This document shows, in pieces, positions 37,334 to 47,033 of a stretch of DNA of 64,000 bases. How positions within the stretch are numbered: position 1 is the stretch's first letter; every line of letters begins with the position of its first letter. The notes under the pieces are model-generated. The model saw nothing but the letters and a program-made list of their open reading frames with translations, ran no database searches and was not told the DNA's origin. The stretch comes from Candidatus Paceibacter sp. (lineage in GTDB: Bacteria > Patescibacteriota > Patescibacteriia > Magasanikbacterales > UBA922). The stretch covers positions 65,504 through 129,503 of the forward strand of contig DYFM01000001.1 in NCBI GenBank assembly GCA_020725175.1. The letters run 5' to 3'. The position numbers were made by a program, and so were the translations under genes.

Positions 37334-38011
37334 ATGAATAAGAGAATTATATTGTTGGTTGCACTATTGTTTGGTCTGGTGATGCAATTTTTTGGGGCGT
37401 TGGGATATTTTGTGTTATATCCAGGAACGTCGGTTGCGTACGGATTATATGTTGCTACTAAAGTGCTACTAGTTATTTTGCCGTTGTATTTTTTGCGTGA
37501 TGTCGGGGTTTGGTGGAAAACATTTTTTTCTTGGGATAAGTCGCCTGTTCAGCATGGTTTTTTGTGGGGAGGTATATTGGGGTTTGTTGTATGGCTGACA
37601 TTTTTTGTGTTTCAAACAGAGTTTCTTTTGGTAAAAGAAACTATTGTAGACAAAGTGTCAGCGTATCGCATTCAAGCGTTTTTTATTCCTTTTGCGTTGT
37701 TTGTGAGTATTATTCATTCTGGAATAGAAGAATATTACTGGCGAGGATTTGTGTTTGGAGGTTTGAAAAAGTATTTGTCGGTACCGTATGCAATGACTGT
37801 CAGTTCGTTGGCATTTGCGTCCCATCACTTTTTAATTGTCAATGAGTTTTTTTCAGTTTTGGTTTCCCTTGGATTGACTGCGGCGGTGATGGTGGGGGGG
37901 TTGGTGTGGTGTTATTTATATCAGAGAACTGGAAAATTGGTAGCGAGTTGGTTGAGTCATGCGATAATTGATGGAGTTATTTTGGGGATAGTTTATTTTT
38001 ATTTTTTGTGA
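37334..38011 (+). CDS. CPBP/Abi intramembrane glutamic endopeptidase
   Basis: EEYYWRG, FASHH, SWLSH; multi-TM. Confidence 0.9.
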   Translation: MNKRIILLVALLFGLVMQFFGALGYFVLYPGTSVAYGLYVATKVLLVILPLYFLRDVGVWWKTFFSWDKSPVQHGFLWGGILGFVVWLTFFVFQTEFLLVKETIVDKVSAYRIQAFFIPFALFVSIIHSGIEEYYWRGFVFGGLKKYLSVPYAMTVSSLAFASHHFLIVNEFFSVLVSLGLTAAVMVGGLVWCYLYQRTGKLVASWLSHAIIDGVILGIVYFYFL

Positions 38012-38015
38012 GTTA

Positions 38016-38097
38016 ATAGACCTTCGGATAAAACTGATTTAACGGATCAGAGCGGATCTGTCGAAATCCGTTTTATCCGTTTTATCCGAAGGTCTAT
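38016..38097. repeat. Palindrome of GGATAAAAC-like 9-mers
   Basis: Perfect 19-bp IR ATAGACCTTCGGATAAAAC / GTTTTATCCGAAGGTCTAT. Confidence 0.9.
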
Positions 38098-38120
38098 CAA
38101 AAAAGTAATATTTATATTGT

Positions 38121-38987
38121 ATGCCAGAATTACCCGAAGTCGAAACCGTAAGAAGGGATCTGCTCACCAGAATTATAAAAAAGAAAATTACTTCGGTGGA
38201 AGTATTCAAAGATAGAATGGTGAAGGTTCCAAAAAAGAAATTTATTAGTGCTTTGCTCGGGCGGAAAATTGTTGATATAGAGCGAGTCGGTAAATTGCTA
38301 GTTCTCACTATTGATACCGGTGAGTATCTTTTGATACATCTCAAAATGACTGGTCAATTGATTTATCGGGATAAGAAACAACAGATCGGCGGCGGACATT
38401 CTCTCTCAAAAGAAGAGTCTAATTTTCAAGTTCCAAATAAGCATACCTATATTATCATCGCTTTTGCCGGTGGTGGAAAACTGTTCTTCAATGACCAACG
38501 AACTTTTGGATATATGACAATAGTAAGTGAAGAAGAATTAGGCTTGATAAAAAAACGTTTTGGAGTGGAACCATTGTCATGGAATTTTACTTTGGAGCAC
38601 TTTACGTCAATTATTAAGAATAAAAAAACCAGCATCAAGGCGGCTTTACTGGATCAAAGATTGATTGCCGGTATTGGTAATATTTATGCCGATGAAAGTT
38701 GTTTTTTGGCCGGTATAAAACCGACTCGGTTGGCAAATTCATTGACTGCCAAAGAACGACAGAAGTTATTTACGGCTATTCGTGATGTTCTAGATCTGGC
38801 GGTGCGAGAAAGAGGCACAACATTTAATCATTTTGTGGATGGGGAGGGTAAAAGAGGGAACTTTTTATCCTTTTTGAAGGTGTATGGACGTAATGGTGAG
38901 AGGTGTTTGGTTTGTAAAGATGGAATAATTGAGAAGAGTCGAGTGGCGGGGCGGGGGACGCATGTTTGTGGGGTTTGTCAGAAGTAA
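38121..38987 (+). CDS. mutM: Formamidopyrimidine-DNA glycosylase
   Basis: MPELPEVE, HLKMTG, DQRTFG, GIGNIYADE, C-terminal zinc finger. Confidence 0.98.
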   Translation: MPELPEVETVRRDLLTRIIKKKITSVEVFKDRMVKVPKKKFISALLGRKIVDIERVGKLLVLTIDTGEYLLIHLKMTGQLIYRDKKQQIGGGHSLSKEESNFQVPNKHTYIIIAFAGGGKLFFNDQRTFGYMTIVSEEELGLIKKRFGVEPLSWNFTLEHFTSIIKNKKTSIKAALLDQRLIAGIGNIYADESCFLAGIKPTRLANSLTAKERQKLFTAIRDVLDLAVRERGTTFNHFVDGEGKRGNFLSFLKVYGRNGERCLVCKDGIIEKSRVAGRGTHVCGVCQK

Positions 38988-39005
38988 GTGTTGATTAAGA
39001 TGCGT

Positions 39006-39374
39006 CTAAAATCCAATTTTTAGATTCTCAATTTTCTCTTTTCTTTCAAATTTCTTCATGCAGGAATTAAATTCTTTCTCTCCAGTAAGCACACAACCAT
39101 TTTCAGTTGCAATACATCTAACAGATTCACCAGCACAAATGTCACCGGTGGTTAAATTCATTGTGCACGTCATCATTTCAGGTCGCTTCCCACAGCTGAT
39201 ATTACCTACCTCTGGATGGCACTGTTGGATTGTGCAGTTTTTGCTAGGATTTTCTTTTATCTTTATTTTTTCAATTGGGATAAGCGCCGACTTTCTTTCG
39301 TGCCAAAGAAGTGTAATTGTTATTGCAAGAATACAAAACAGAAGAGTATAAATTTTTTTTCTACCATGTAACAT
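39006..39374 (-). CDS. Small Cys-rich exported protein
   Basis: N-terminal hydrophobic segment; 8 Cys in the exported part. Confidence 0.7.
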   Translation of the reverse strand: MLHGRKKIYTLLFCILAITITLLWHERKSALIPIEKIKIKENPSKNCTIQQCHPEVGNISCGKRPEMMTCTMNLTTGDICAGESVRCIATENGCVLTGEKEFNSCMKKFERKEKIENLKIGF

Positions 39375-39414
39375 ATGAATAGATGTGAATTCTCTTGTAG
39401 AAGATTAGTTTTAT

Positions 39415-40644
39415 TTAGATTTGGTCAAACATCCTGCGTCTTCCCCAGAGTAAGTAAAACACAATCACTCCTACACAACTCAAAATCAATATCCAATAAA
39501 TCGGCACATACAAGTTTATAGCATCTAATATACTTATCCATTGCAAAGAGATTGTTCCTTCAACGGTTTCAACATTATTTAGTAATTCAGTGTCTTGTTC
39601 GTTAAGTTCGCTTAGTTGATGTTTTTTTGCTTGTATTTGTGTTTCAGTCTCTTGAAGAGAATTGTCAAAAGAAGTATTTTCTTTTTCTAACAATTGTTTT
39701 AGTGAGTAGTACTTATTATTGAAGTAGGCTAACTGGGCTTTTATTTCAGATTGCCTTTCGGTGCTGGTAGTGGTTTCATTTTTTAAAGCATAAATACTAT
39801 TGGAGTATTTTTTCATTTCATTTTGGATGTATTCCACTTGTGAATTGTGCTGTTCTATTTGGTTCTGACGTTTTGCTTCTAGATCCGTGAGACTTTGTTT
39901 TTGTACTTCGGTATCTATTTCAATCACTCTTTTTTCCGGCAAAAGATTTTGAGCACTTATTCTCTCAGTTAAAAATTTAGGATGAAACAGATCTTGAATC
40001 TCCGTGGAAAACTGACTGAGAGAGGATTTTGGAATCACAAAACTTATAGAACCGTATTTTGGATTAACTGATAAATAATCAATTCTACCGCCATGTCCTT
40101 TGATGATGGTTTGAAGGCGAGTGTGAATCCGTTCAACTTGGCGAGTTTTAATATTGATACCGTAATCTGTTTTGAGGAACTCGCGGGTATCTTCGATCGA
40201 AGAATTGTTTTGTTGTTTAAAGGAGTGTGAAATTTCTTCTATACTATTAGTAATAGGTTGTAATATTTTTGATAGTTTGTTGTTATTATCACCAAGTGAT
40301 GCTTGTCTTAAATTTTCTCCCAAGCCTGAAGCACTTCTGAGCTGATTGTTTAAATCAACTCGTTCTTCATTAGATAAATCGTACTCGGCTGGGTATGAAG
40401 AGGTATTCGTTGCTGGTTGAATTGCCGGTAGAACAAATTGGGTAACAAAAAGAATTACGATAAAAGTACCTGTTATAGAAAAAAGAAGTGGCCAAAAAGG
40501 ACGCGGTTTTTTTACTGACACAACGGTTCTTGAACGAAATACACCCAGTACTGCCGCTTTTTTTGCCTCAGAATTAGGAGGAAGAGTTACTTGCTGTTTT
40601 CCCCACGTTTTGAATTTATCCGCTAATAATTTTTGACGAGACAT
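39415..40644 (-). CDS. Putative anti-sigma factor, DUF4349-like with coiled coil and two TM helices
   Basis: Starts 6 nt after the ECF sigma stop; TM near residue 50-72; GHGGRIDY..GSISFVIP; C-terminal TM. Confidence 0.65.
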   Translation of the reverse strand: MSRQKLLADKFKTWGKQQVTLPPNSEAKKAAVLGVFRSRTVVSVKKPRPFWPLLFSITGTFIVILFVTQFVLPAIQPATNTSSYPAEYDLSNEERVDLNNQLRSASGLGENLRQASLGDNNNKLSKILQPITNSIEEISHSFKQQNNSSIEDTREFLKTDYGINIKTRQVERIHTRLQTIIKGHGGRIDYLSVNPKYGSISFVIPKSSLSQFSTEIQDLFHPKFLTERISAQNLLPEKRVIEIDTEVQKQSLTDLEAKRQNQIEQHNSQVEYIQNEMKKYSNSIYALKNETTTSTERQSEIKAQLAYFNNKYYSLKQLLEKENTSFDNSLQETETQIQAKKHQLSELNEQDTELLNNVETVEGTISLQWISILDAINLYVPIYWILILSCVGVIVFYLLWGRRRMFDQI

Positions 40645-40650
40645 ACAATA

Positions 40651-41175
40651 TTATTTGTTGAGTATGAGATTGGCGCGTTTAAGGGCGCGGTGAGTTCGAA
40701 CACGAGCGCTGATAGCTGAAATTTCAAGTACGTGCGCTATTTCGTTGAACGATAATTCAGAGATATATCTCAGACACAATATTTCATGATCATCAATTGG
40801 TAGTTGGGCCAGGACCGTATCAAGGGTTATTTTGTTTGTGAGTTCAATCGGTGAATGAACCGCTGATTGTGTTTCATTATCTTCATCAATAGAGACTTCT
40901 CGTCCGTTTTTTCGCCAGTGCTGACGGCATTCATTGCGAGCGATGACAAATAACCACGCACTAAAACGAACACCCTTTGGTCGAAAGCTCTCTAGGGCAT
41001 TTATTGCTTTTAGCCAAGTATCCTGCAAAACATCATCGGCCAGCTGTCTATCTTTTAAGGTTTTTACCAGGTAGCCGTATAATTTTGGAGTTATATCATC
41101 CCAGAGTAAGCCTATGGCTGCTTGTTCACCAGCTTTAGCCTGAGCCACCAGGCCCAATTCTTCCTCAAGAAGCAT
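40651..41175 (-). CDS. ECF-type RNA polymerase sigma factor
   Basis: ADDVLQDTWLKA, FSAWLFVIARN, LSFNEIAHVL..RVRTHRAL. Confidence 0.93.
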   Translation of the reverse strand: MLLEEELGLVAQAKAGEQAAIGLLWDDITPKLYGYLVKTLKDRQLADDVLQDTWLKAINALESFRPKGVRFSAWLFVIARNECRQHWRKNGREVSIDEDNETQSAVHSPIELTNKITLDTVLAQLPIDDHEILCLRYISELSFNEIAHVLEISAISARVRTHRALKRANLILNK

Positions 41176-41315
41176 AATGAGTAATTAATTCTTGCTATTT
41201 CTGTATAGATAATACATGAGATTGCTAAAATGTTACAGATCAATAGTGAAAGGGTTGAAAAATATGCTATTTATGTTATGGTTACACGTAGTATTACTTA
41301 AGTAAAAAATGCCTT

Positions 41316-42392
41316 ATGATACGAGTAAAAGAAATGTTGTTACAATATGCTTTATGGGAAAATTCACTGTATGGTATTGTAATTGCGATAGGAATTTTTG
41401 TCGGTGTACTAATACTGTTGAAGGTGTTTCAATTGGTTATCATGAATCGTTTAAAAGCGTGGTGTAAGCGTACAGAAACAAAAATTGATGATACGTTACT
41501 CGGCATAGTTGAAAGTATTAACACTTTTACCTACGTTATTACCGCACTTTATATTGCGATAGGAAGTCTGCAGTTACATTGGTTAATATACAAGATCATC
41601 CTATTCGTATTTCTTTTCATGTTGGTGTATGAAATTGCCAAAGCCGCTGGTCGCTTGTCGGCGTATGGAGTAAAAAGATATGTAGAGCGACAACATCAGA
41701 CCAAAGACGAGGGAGAAATTCATGTAAAAAACTTAGCGCGGATCGCTGCGACAGTGGCTAAAGTTTTGGTATGGTCAGTTGGTTTACTTTTTATACTATC
41801 AAATATTGGTATTAATGTTACCTCGCTCGTGGCTAGTCTTGGAATTGGTGGTATCGCAATAGCTTTTGCGTTACAGCAGATCCTTGGAGACATGTTCAAT
41901 TCTTTTTCTATATACTTTGACCGACCGTTTGAAGTGGGGGATTTTATTGTGGTGGGGGATAAAAATGGTATTGTAAAAAAAATAGGTTTGAAATCAACGC
42001 GTCTCCAGACACTTCTTGGTGAAGAACTAATTATTTCAAATAATGATATTACCGCAGCACGAGTACAAAATTTTAAGCGCATGCAGAAACGTCGTGAGGT
42101 GATGGTATTTGGAGTTGTTTACGAAACTCCGGCCGAAAAGTTGGAAGAGATTCCGGTCATAGTAAAAGAGATTATTTCCAGTGTGGAACATGCTGAACTT
42201 GACCGGTGTCATTTTTCTTCCTATGGAGATTTTAGTCTCAATTTTGAAACCGTCTATTTTATAGATTCTCCAGATTACAACCTGTACATGGATGTGAAGC
42301 AGCGGGTAAATCTGGAGTTGTTCAAGCGATTTGAGCGCGAGGGGATTGAATTTGCGTATCCGACACAGAAGGTGTTTGTGGGGAGGGGATAA
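41316..42392 (+). CDS. mscS: Small-conductance mechanosensitive channel
   Basis: ASLGIGGIAIAFALQ, DRPFEVGDFI, IGLKSTR, GIEFAYPT. Confidence 0.95.
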   Translation: MIRVKEMLLQYALWENSLYGIVIAIGIFVGVLILLKVFQLVIMNRLKAWCKRTETKIDDTLLGIVESINTFTYVITALYIAIGSLQLHWLIYKIILFVFLFMLVYEIAKAAGRLSAYGVKRYVERQHQTKDEGEIHVKNLARIAATVAKVLVWSVGLLFILSNIGINVTSLVASLGIGGIAIAFALQQILGDMFNSFSIYFDRPFEVGDFIVVGDKNGIVKKIGLKSTRLQTLLGEELIISNNDITAARVQNFKRMQKRREVMVFGVVYETPAEKLEEIPVIVKEIISSVEHAELDRCHFSSYGDFSLNFETVYFIDSPDYNLYMDVKQRVNLELFKRFEREGIEFAYPTQKVFVGRG

Positions 42393-42398
42393 AAGAAA

Positions 42399-42430
42399 AA
42401 AAGAACCGCCGACTGTTTCGGTGGTTTTTT
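42399..42430. terminator. Bidirectional terminator between mscS and tRNA-Thr
   Basis: AACCGCCGA-ctgtt-TCGGTGGTT flanked by A and T runs. Confidence 0.7.
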
Positions 42431-42433
42431 GTG

Positions 42434-42506
42434 AGCCGTCAACCAGGATTGAACTGGTGACCTCGTCCTTACCATGGACGCGCTCTACCAACTGAGCTAT
42501 GACGGC
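42434..42506 (-). tRNA. tRNA-Thr(GGT), CCA not encoded
   Basis: GCCGTCA acceptor; TAGCTCAGTTGGTAGAGC; anticodon arm CGTCC-ATGGTAA-GGACG; promoter TTGACG-N17-TATACT at 42564-42592. Confidence 0.97.
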
Positions 42507-42588
42507 GTAGTGAGAAATATCTAATTTCTAAAAGGGTATTGATCTTGAGGAAAAAGTAGCGACAGTATACCGAATTATCCAAAAAACG

Positions 42589-43374
42589 TCAAGCCAAAGC
42601 CTTCAAACGTCGCAAGGAGAGGAGTTTGGAGCGTTTGGCTCGTTCAAATGTCTCATTTTGGGTACTCGATTCATGAATTTCGGTCCATTCTTGCTCGAGA
42701 AGTGGCTTGTCAATCTCATTTATCAGTATTCTTCCTTCAGCAATTCCGTGATCTATTACTCCATCACTTTTCCATTGAATGGCATGGGTATAGTGAAATA
42801 ATTCGGGTGTATCTCCGTCGTACTGCACAAAATGAACGAGAAGGACATGATCCGGGTTACCAACTGTATCGCCCTCCAGCATGGTAATAATATCACCTGG
42901 ACGGATGTCTTTGAGTGCAATTTCTGTGCTGTTTTTTTCATGAGCCAAAGATTTTACGCCGGTATTTTCAATTGGACGTAGTTTAACCAGTAATTTTCGA
43001 AGTGGATTTTTGGCATAGGGGAAAGATAATACCGAACGAAGATGTTTCTTTTTTTTCTCCCATAGTTCTTGCTCAAGTATATGGTACACAAATCCGGAAC
43101 ATTCAATACCAAGGGAGTTGTCAATCAAAAACTTCTTAATTTGATAACTGTTGAGACTGGTAAGTTCAATTTTTTCGCGAAACGCTATCAAAGCCGCTTC
43201 TTCTTCTATATCACTCGGACTTCCTTTTCCGACCAGCACACGAAGACCGGCACGGACTTGACTGCGGCGGTTATTGAAATACGGGCAGACGACCTCGTGA
43301 TTTCCGAGTTTGAGATGTTGGTAGTGATCGATGAGGTCGAGCGCTGGCTTGGTGAGGGTTTTGCTGGTTGACAT
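42589..43374 (-). CDS. NlpC/P60 (C40)-like cysteine hydrolase
   Basis: GIECSGFVY, IRPGDII, DHVLLV, YTHA. Confidence 0.7.
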   Translation of the reverse strand: MSTSKTLTKPALDLIDHYQHLKLGNHEVVCPYFNNRRSQVRAGLRVLVGKGSPSDIEEEAALIAFREKIELTSLNSYQIKKFLIDNSLGIECSGFVYHILEQELWEKKKKHLRSVLSFPYAKNPLRKLLVKLRPIENTGVKSLAHEKNSTEIALKDIRPGDIITMLEGDTVGNPDHVLLVHFVQYDGDTPELFHYTHAIQWKSDGVIDHGIAEGRILINEIDKPLLEQEWTEIHESSTQNETFERAKRSKLLSLRRLKALA

Positions 43375-43426
43375 ATGTATTGGGACAGCAGATTTGAACA
43401 GATAAAAAGCGGATGAAAGCAAAAAA

Positions 43427-44680
43427 TTATTTTGAAAGCATGTTTTTTATTTCTTCTCCATAGTGATTGAAAACAGTGTGCTTTAACATAAAATTTTTTT
43501 TAAGATTTTGAATTCTTAGTACATCGGAATTTGGTTCAGTATTTTCATAATTGGTGACAGTATATCCTAACGCTTCAATTTCTTTCTGAATTTGGGTTGA
43601 TACCTCTTTTATTTCGCCAGTCACTCGCTGAATAATTTGCGCCCCTGTCTCAATCGGGATCAGTGTTATATCCTTAACTTTGTTGTTCAACAGACTTATT
43701 AGATGAGCTTCAAAGGTACTCAACCCAATTGTTCCTTGTTCCTTGCTCCTTGTTCTTTGTAACACGCTTTCAAACGTTGTCGATGCCGGTTGGCGGGCGT
43801 TTATTTCTATTAAATACAGTTTTCCGGTAGCTGCTTCCAGTACCACATCAATCCCAAACAGTCCCTTCCAGCCCGATTTACGAAGTTTCTGGCCAACAGC
43901 AGTAACCATTTTTCCATATTGCTCTTTTTGTTCTGAATTAAGTATGGAGTGAGGTAATTCCCAATCATTTCCAATCGTAGCGAATGTATTATCAGTAAAA
44001 GGTGCTAGCCCGGTGATCTGATAATTAATATTTCCCATCAAAACTCTGTCTTTCAATACAACATTATTGCTAGTAAACATCGGCCCGGATATAAAATTGG
44101 TAATCCTGACATCTCGATTGGGAAATTGTTCTTGAATTAGTTGCAAGTGTTCTAAAGATTCAATCAGGATAGTCCCTGATCCGGTATGAGCACGATTGAA
44201 CTGGAGTATAAAAGGAGCGCCAGAAAACATGACTTCTTTACATGGCCTGACGTAATGTGGCGGAAGTAGCGATGATAATTCATCGAGCCAATCAACCTGG
44301 GAAATCTTTTCTTCGATTTGCGCGCTTAATTTTGCAGAGGGATTCAAGAGATTCCAATTGTTAGCCGAGCAAATTCTCTCGATTTGAGGAGTGTTTTTGA
44401 ACACAAGTAAATTGATGCGTGATACCTGATACGTGTTACGTACGCTTTCTATAAATTGCTTTGTTTCTTCTCTTTCGAGTAGCTCCCAAGTATCAAGCAA
44501 ATCTTGAGTTTCGATTAGAAGTATATTTTTTCTTTCCTCAGCGATTTTTTTGCCATATTCAGTTGCGTTGGAAATAATAAAATACCCTTCGGTATCTAGA
44601 GATAGACCAAGAGCTCGTTCAATATCCCGTGAAACATAAACCACGGGTGTTTTTTTGAGTTGTTCGAGGAGTTCTTGCAT
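43427..44680 (-). CDS. ATP-grasp domain protein
   Basis: HTGSGT, FISGP, GWKGLFGIDVV, LYLIEINAR. Confidence 0.85.
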   Translation of the reverse strand: MQELLEQLKKTPVVYVSRDIERALGLSLDTEGYFIISNATEYGKKIAEERKNILLIETQDLLDTWELLEREETKQFIESVRNTYQVSRINLLVFKNTPQIERICSANNWNLLNPSAKLSAQIEEKISQVDWLDELSSLLPPHYVRPCKEVMFSGAPFILQFNRAHTGSGTILIESLEHLQLIQEQFPNRDVRITNFISGPMFTSNNVVLKDRVLMGNINYQITGLAPFTDNTFATIGNDWELPHSILNSEQKEQYGKMVTAVGQKLRKSGWKGLFGIDVVLEAATGKLYLIEINARQPASTTFESVLQRTRSKEQGTIGLSTFEAHLISLLNNKVKDITLIPIETGAQIIQRVTGEIKEVSTQIQKEIEALGYTVTNYENTEPNSDVLRIQNLKKNFMLKHTVFNHYGEEIKNMLSK

Positions 44681-44780
44681 GGGTATAAGTATAGGAGAAA
44701 AAGGTTGTTTTGGCAATATTTGCTGAGTTTGCAAGTTGGCAGGTTGGCAAGTTCACAAGTTGGTAAAGTTATGCACAGAA

Positions 44781-44850
44781 AAGTGGGGGAAAGGGGTTGC
44801 AAAAGCTATAAAAGTGGGATAAAATGGGAATAGGTGGTGAGAAGTGGGAA
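44781..44850 (+). promoter_or_regulatory. mraZ promoter with MraZ-binding GTGGG repeats
   Basis: TTGCAA-N17-TAAAAT (44797-44825) overlapped by GTGGG/ATGGG/GTGGT/GTGGG at 10-nt spacing. Confidence 0.8.
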
Positions 44851-44880
44851 AAATGCTTGTCTTCCTACGCTACTAACCAA

Positions 44881-45318
44881 ATGCCTGTGTTTATCGGAGA
44901 ATACTCCCACAACATTGACGAAAAAGGACGGTTGTCTGTCCCAAAAAAATTCCGCGAGTCTTTGGCTGGTGGAGTTGTGGTCACTCGTGGTTTGGATTCT
45001 TGTCTTTTTCTTTATACGAAAGAGGAGTGGAAAAAATTGGCTGAAAAGTTAGCGAGTTTACCATTTGCTCAGGCAAACAGTCGAGCGTTTTCTCGTCTGA
45101 TGTTGGCCGGAGCGATGGATGTGGAGGTTGATAAGCAAGGACGTATCATGTTGCCGGAATATCTTCGTCAGTATGCCGGGCTTACAAAAGAAGTTACCGT
45201 AGCTGGTCTGTATAACCGGCTCGAACTTTGGGATAAAGAAAAATGGGAACAATATACTGCGGAAGTGGAAAAAGGGAGTGGGGATATTGCGGAAAAAATG
45301 GCGGAATTGGGGGTTTAA
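44881..45318 (+). CDS. mraZ: Division/cell wall cluster repressor MraZ
   Basis: FIGEYSHNIDEKGRL, DKQGRI, LELWD. Confidence 0.97.
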   Translation: MPVFIGEYSHNIDEKGRLSVPKKFRESLAGGVVVTRGLDSCLFLYTKEEWKKLAEKLASLPFAQANSRAFSRLMLAGAMDVEVDKQGRIMLPEYLRQYAGLTKEVTVAGLYNRLELWDKEKWEQYTAEVEKGSGDIAEKMAELGV

Positions 45319-45319
45319 T

Positions 45320-45422
45320 TATGTTCGAACATACGAAAGGCAAATACGAACATACGAATTACAAACTGGCGATTAATCAACTGTGTCCGTAGTTCGTATT
45401 TACTGTTCGTACGTTCGCACAT
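45320..45422. repeat. ACGAAC(AT) palindrome, copy 2
   Basis: cgaacatacgaa..aatacgaacatacgaa arm versus tagttcgtatt..gttcgtacgttcg arm, between mraZ and rsmH. Confidence 0.8.
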
Positions 45423-45437
45423 CAAATATATTGTTGT

Positions 45438-46337
45438 ATGCGACACGTTCCAGTGTTAATAAATGAAGTAATTGAATCATTACAACTAAAACCCGGTAAA
45501 CATATTATCGATTGTACGCTTGGTGACGCGGGGCATTCGGAGCGAATTTTACAGGAGATTGGGTCAAAGGGAACATTACTTGGCATTGATGCTGATCCGG
45601 AATCATTGATGAGGGCAAAGAAATTTCTACATCAGTATGAGGAACAAGTAATTTTGGTTCGTGATAACTTTGTTAGATTAAAAGAAATAGTTAAAGAAGA
45701 AAAGTTTGGGCCGGTAAATGGCATACTTATGGACTACGGTTGGTCTAGTCCGCAGTTTGAGGAGAGAGGTAGGGGATTCACTTTCTTGAAAGACGAGCCA
45801 TTGGACATGAGGTACGGAGGTAAAGGTACAACAGCGGCAGAACTGATAAACAGCAGTGAACCTGAGGAGCTGGGAAAAATATTCAAAGAATACGGTGAAG
45901 AAAAATTGAGTAAAGAAGTTGTTCATAAGATTATTGCATATCGAAAAGAAAAAACCATAGAACGAACCGGAGAATTGGTAGAACTGGTTCTCCAAGCTTA
46001 TCGAGAAAAATTGAAAACAGATAAAAAAATCCCATGGATCGGCGGCCTCCATCCGGCTACAAAAGTGTTTCAGGCAATACGAATAGCAGTAAACGATGAG
46101 CTTGGGGTAATTGAAAAAGTGCTTCCGCAGGCAATAGATGTGTTACAACCAGGTGGAAGATTGGCTGTAATTACCTTTCATTCTCTCGAAGATAGAATTG
46201 TGAAACATTATTTCAAAGAACGAGTAAGTAAAGATATTACAATTATTAGTAAAAAACCAATTGTTGCCTCCAAAGAAGAATTTGATTCCAATCCACGCGC
46301 TCGATCAGCAAAATTGCGCGTGGTTGAAAAGAAGTGA
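45438..46337 (+). CDS. rsmH: 16S rRNA m4C1402 methyltransferase
   Basis: HVPVL, DCTLGDAGH, PLDMR, FQAIRIAVNDEL, FHSLEDR, NPRARSAKLR. Confidence 0.98.
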   Translation: MRHVPVLINEVIESLQLKPGKHIIDCTLGDAGHSERILQEIGSKGTLLGIDADPESLMRAKKFLHQYEEQVILVRDNFVRLKEIVKEEKFGPVNGILMDYGWSSPQFEERGRGFTFLKDEPLDMRYGGKGTTAAELINSSEPEELGKIFKEYGEEKLSKEVVHKIIAYRKEKTIERTGELVELVLQAYREKLKTDKKIPWIGGLHPATKVFQAIRIAVNDELGVIEKVLPQAIDVLQPGGRLAVITFHSLEDRIVKHYFKERVSKDITIISKKPIVASKEEFDSNPRARSAKLRVVEKK

Positions 46338-46340
46338 CGT

Positions 46341-46418
46341 CAAACATGTGAAATACGAATAAACTGGTGGTCTCAGAGTTCGTAGTTCGGATGTTCGTAT
46401 CATTTCGTATGTTCGTAC
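46341..46418. repeat. ACGAAC(AT) repeat, copy 3 (mostly the right arm)
   Basis: gttcgtagttcggatgttcgtatcatttcgtatgttcgtac. Confidence 0.75.
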
Positions 46419-46424
46419 ACAATT

Positions 46425-46772
46425 ATGCCTGTCTATACCTCTACCTATTATCCACAACTTCGTCAAAGTCGGGTTGCTCTTCATCAGGAAGTGGCAAATA
46501 AAAGTCTGATGATTTTGCTTGGTGTGCTCATTGCTGTTATGTCGGTGTTATATATACTAAAAGTAACTACTGTGGCTACCAAAGGAAATGATTTTGCCAA
46601 GCTGGAGGCTCATAAAAAAGCTTTATTAGTAGAAACCGAACAATTAAACATTGAAATTGCTGAGCACCGCTCGATGAAAAGTATTGAAGAGCGATTGAAA
46701 GATGTTCACATGGTTCGAGTTGATGAAATGCAGTATATTACTCCAACGGGTGTTGCGGTGGTAAGACGATAA
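46425..46772 (+). CDS. ftsL: FtsL-like cell division protein
   Basis: Follows rsmH; single TM, coiled coil, SMKSIEE..M; 115 aa. Confidence 0.7.
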   Translation: MPVYTSTYYPQLRQSRVALHQEVANKSLMILLGVLIAVMSVLYILKVTTVATKGNDFAKLEAHKKALLVETEQLNIEIAEHRSMKSIEERLKDVHMVRVDEMQYITPTGVAVVRR

Positions 46773-46900
46773 AATTTGTCACGAAAAAAAGATTATTGTA
46801 TGTAATTTATAAAACGTACAAAATCTATAAAACAGACAAAACGGATAAAACTAAAAAACGGATGAGATGAGTAGTAAAATATTTAAAACGAGTAAAATTG

Positions 46901-47019
46901 AATCCGCCCACAGCCCTAGGCGGGCAGGCAAGGCGGACGAGGGTTTTATTCTCTCCCGATTTGATCGGGAAAAACTACCTATAGCGATACCCCGTCAGCT
47001 TGCTGCGGGGTAATTCATT
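46901..47019 (+). ncRNA. Unassigned structured element, copy 2
   Basis: Homologous to 35178-35312; terminal hairpin CCCCG-tcagcttgct-GCGGGG, then TAATTCATT. Confidence 0.6.
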
Positions 47020-47033
47020 CAGGTCTATAATTC

